In this document: positions 60,866-64,000 of the stretch, one piece after another | Layout of the letters: every line of letters begins with the position of its first letter | How positions within the stretch are numbered: position 1 is the stretch's first letter | Assembly (NCBI GenBank): GCA_002104905.1 | Contig: MCFE01000283.1 | Location: 1 to 64,000 of the forward strand | From: Basidiobolus meristosporus CBS 931.73 | Taxonomy: Eukaryota; Fungi; Basidiobolomycota | Direction of reading: 5' to 3' | Length of the DNA: 64,000 nucleotides | The notes under the pieces: model-generated | What the model was told of the DNA's origin: nothing | The model's database searches: none | What the model saw: the letters and a program-made list of their open reading frames with translations, nothing else | Made by a program: the position numbers and the translations under genes

Positions 60866-61413
60866 TGTTATGAATAGACACAAGGCAGGAGAGTAGAGCT
60901 AGGCAAGGCAGGACTAGGAAAGGACTTAGGTGTGGATCAACAAGGCAAGACATGTTTCCTAGGCAAGGTGAATTTCCAAGACAAGTCTGTTTATTCAAGA
61001 CCTGTGTTTATCAGACTGAGGAATACATAAGGGGGTATAGAACTATATATACTTTTTGGCAATATGGATGCCAAGAGATATTGGCTAATACTGATGGGGT
61101 TCTGAGGATGAGGCACAGTAAGTGTGCCAAGATAGAACATACTAAAAGAACAGACTTGAATATCACATGGAGATATGTCAGGGGTCAACTGATCATGTTA
61201 CTTGGTCATGTGACATGTAGCTACAATATATGGCATGGGACTACATAAACTCTAATGGGAAGCTTCCATAGAATGTTCCATTGTGTAATGTTGACTTGGA
61301 GCTTTCAAGAAGTTGCTAGAATGTAGTAGAACTTTCTAGAAGGAACTGGGATTTCTTCACTGACTTGATTTGGCTAGATAATAGGAGACCAGGGATGTCA
61401 TGTGATTGCAACA
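60866..61413 (-). repeat. 5' LTR (548 bp) with TATA at 61044-61051
   Basis: Aligns to 55790-56321; TG...CA ends. Confidence 0.93.
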
Positions 61414-63568
61414 CAAGGCATATGGTAGCTTTGCAGATTATATACTGAAAAGCTATACAGAGGAGAGAGGAGTATGCCAGTTACAGCAGGTATGCATGTA
61501 TGTAGAGGTTGGTTATCAGTGGCCATGGCTTTCTCTTGTTGAAACTAGATGTGGAATACCAATGGTAATAGTTGCTGAGCTAGTAAAAGGCTTAATTGAA
61601 CAGTGAAATATACAAATAGCACAAGGGGAGGTGGAATAATAAAATAGCATTTGGCTAATTGGTACAGTAGCACTATATATGACCAGCAGTTGGCTGCTAT
61701 GCTTGCATGCTAAGCATGACAGAGGTCTGTACACTGGCTGCCAAAACAATGTCAGACTTTTTGCTGCTTAAAGCTGATAAAATATGCTGAACAGCTGTCA
61801 AGATTACTGGCATCCTTACTGCTGTATTGGTCAGTGCAGACAGCACCACACTGTTACAACCCCACCTTAACATTGTACAGAGGGCAAAGCTTTCTAAACT
61901 GTTAGCATAGTTTTGACCTCATTGTGGGATCATGGCAAGGCAGCATTGGTGCTTAGTGCAATAGCATCAAGATTAGATGGTGCCAATGGCCAATGTTCCC
62001 AGTAGGTATAATCAAGTAGCAGTGATTGAAATGTTGTGTTGGTAACAGCATCTGAGAAATGCAGTACCTCAACTTGAGCTTCTACTTGGCCTAGACAGGG
62101 TGTAAAAGTGACAGGAAAAAGTTCTTTCTGAGCAAAAGTTAGAACAAGGACACAATATACAGCACCATTATAGATGAGATCTGCATGTTTAACTAGACTA
62201 GGGTTAGGGACTTGTGTTGTGACCAGTGTTCTCAAGAACTATTTAAGTCTTTCTGCATAACAGGTTTCTTGGATAAGGTGAAATCTAGTGTAGTTTAGTT
62301 GCACATCTATTATTGATGTCAGATATCTCAGCATTACAACAGACCTGGACTGGGAAGGCTGCTGGATGATTACATTGGCTCAAAGCTAGACCCCATCCCC
62401 ATGCCTAGTGCTTCAGAGCAGCCTGGTCTGCAGCAATACAGTTAGAAGCAGGTTGGTGGCTGTTGGCTCTTCTCACTATTCATTAATGTCTTTTACTTGG
62501 CACAGTCTATGAATATACCTTCTAACTCAGTCCATACAAAAGATACACAGAGATGGCATAATATGATGCAGATTCAGTAACAGTGTTTAATTGGATTGTA
62601 CCTCACTACCAAATACTTAAGCTTCCATATATCTCTGTTTTTGCCTGTTCACTGTTTGCTGACTTATGCAAGTATGCTTATCAAGTCAATGCTTGCAGGT
62701 GCTGGAGCAAAACATTAAGAACAACAAATGCTAATAGCCTGAAGAAATATACCACAGGTTTGATAAGAGGTGGATACACTGTAATCCAAGGGCCACAGTG
62801 CTGAAGAATAGCAGCCATACATCTTTAGTCCTGATTGCACTGTCAACATTGACTGCAAATCTCCCAATTGCAAGCACAGCATCCATCCTGAGTGCCATAT
62901 GCAAAAAAAGTAAAATGCATATGTAATAATGTGGATGATGACTTCTCAGTAGTGTAGCAATGTAAATAGTATTGAGTATTTGCTCCTATATATGCAGTAT
63001 TGCACACCAATGGGCAAGTGCTTATTAGCCAGGCCACTCACCCATGCAATAGTTGCATTACATAAAGAGAAAGAGCTGTGTATCACTTGGTCAATAGTTT
63101 TTGCATCTTGCTGCTAGCTCATTAGTAACTAAGGGTTACAATGATATTGATGCAACAAAACATTAGGAAACCCATCTTTCTGTATACTAATGAGCTTGCT
63201 TGGTGCAGTATTATCTCACTATAATTAAGTTGTGTTGTAGTTTGTTATATGTAGTTGTGAACTAAGAGAATGAGAATGGCTCACATAAAAAATTTGCTTA
63301 ATCAAATTGATCAACTATTGGCTGTTATTTTGTAGAAACTGGCCCATTATACCGGCACCTTAATTGCACATATGAAATCCTGACTGAAACCAGGATAATA
63401 TAGATCACGTTGTTTAATTAACCGTGGGTGCTGTATTTCACATTGTATAGTAGCCATAAGCGATATTTGTTGTCTGTCCAAAAAAGGAATGGGCCATTGT
63501 GAGTGCGGTGGGAGTGCGGCAAGATATATACATGTACTTGCCTGGTATGATATACAACCGTTGATACA

Positions 63569-64000
63569 ATGAGCAGCACTTACCTGAAAGCCCTACTGTT
63601 GATGGGAGAGGTTTCTAGCCGTGAAGAAGGATTCAAAATACTTGCTTTAGTGTGTAGCACACTCCAGCAGCTGGGAATTTGCCAATTACATCTTCAGAAT
63701 GGCATTTTAAATGCTTCGTGGCACGGGGGAGAATATCAAGAGGAAGATGTGGCTGTCGGGGGGATACAGATAGGTGACTTGCTACCCACGGAAGGGGCTT
63801 TGCCAGACGCACCACCACACTCTGCAATGGATCCAGAGCACAATAATGATGCGCAAGGAGACCAACCAGCTGATGATGCGGTTGTCAGCCGACTGGTGGG
63901 CGGCGAGGATATATCCCAAAATCCTGGCACCAGTGAAAACAATGTCTTGACCTTTATTGAAGATATATGTAAGGCTGCTGTTGAGGCTACAACGGGTGTG
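63569..64000 (+). CDS. Unidentified ORF, 144 codons, running off the window (MSSTYLKALLLMGEVSSREEGF...)
   Basis: No stop from ATG 63569 to the window end; lies in sequence where CpG content returns; no recognisable motif. Confidence 0.45.
   Translation, partial: MSSTYLKALLLMGEVSSREEGFKILALVCSTLQQLGICQLHLQNGILNASWHGGEYQEEDVAVGGIQIGDLLPTEGALPDAPPHSAMDPEHNNDAQGDQPADDAVVSRLVGGEDISQNPGTSENNVLTFIEDICKAAVEATTGV

Larger units (their letters stand above)
55790..61413 (-). mobile_element. Full-length Ty3/gypsy chromovirus (Tf1/sushi-like), inactivated
   Basis: Paired TG..CA LTRs, 5-bp TSD CAAGG (55785-55789, 61414-61418), PBS, gag, PR-RT-RH-IN-chromodomain, PPT. Confidence 0.96.
7450..63300. other. 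CpG-depleted, TE-dense (probably methylated/heterochromatic) domain
   Basis: CG dinucleotides are nearly absent over ~56 kb except inside the two PHIS elements and a few spots (e.g. ~22.4-22.9 kb). Paired repeats show CG->TG and CG->CA changes. Confidence 0.85.

Noticed and set aside
61930-62235. 101-aa minus ORF as a retroviral protease or host gene
   Set aside because: No catalytic D-S/T-G motif or other recognisable signature
7450-63300. Most short ORF-track entries (60-110 aa) in the TE block as genes
   Set aside because: Many start at GTG/TTG (bacterial start rule) and are fragments or antisense frames of decayed TEs

Overview
Eukaryotic, almost certainly fungal, genomic DNA (GTATGT..TACTAAC..TAG intron, TATA boxes, AATAAA signals, fungal-type LTR and DNA transposons); the species cannot be determined from the sequence. 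The window has three zones. (1) ~1-7.4 kb, normal CpG content: a tandemly duplicated cassette of two secreted-protein families. One family is a 149-aa prepro-peptide with an acidic pro-region and a 49-aa Gly/Arg/Tyr/Trp-rich cationic C-terminus ending GCDWGC (2 intact genes, 2 relics). The other is a 118-aa two-Cys small secreted protein with an intron the ORF track misses (1 intact gene, 3 broken copies). (2) ~7.45-63.3 kb: a transposon graveyard almost devoid of CpG. It holds a full-length chromodomain Ty3/gypsy element (CAAGG TSD, Tf1-like self-priming PBS), an older gypsy relic, nested and solo LTRs, two inverted Ty1/copia relics, several copies of a divergent two-gene CACTA-like element, two young PIF/Harbinger-superfamily elements with 3-bp ANT target duplications, and two arrays (~70 and ~35 units) of a dyad-symmetric 29-bp satellite. 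(3) >63.3 kb: CpG returns and an unidentified ORF runs off the end. The most interesting candidate system is the secreted GRY/GGY peptide plus small-secreted-protein cassette. All alignments and counts were made by eye, and approximate boundaries are stated as such.
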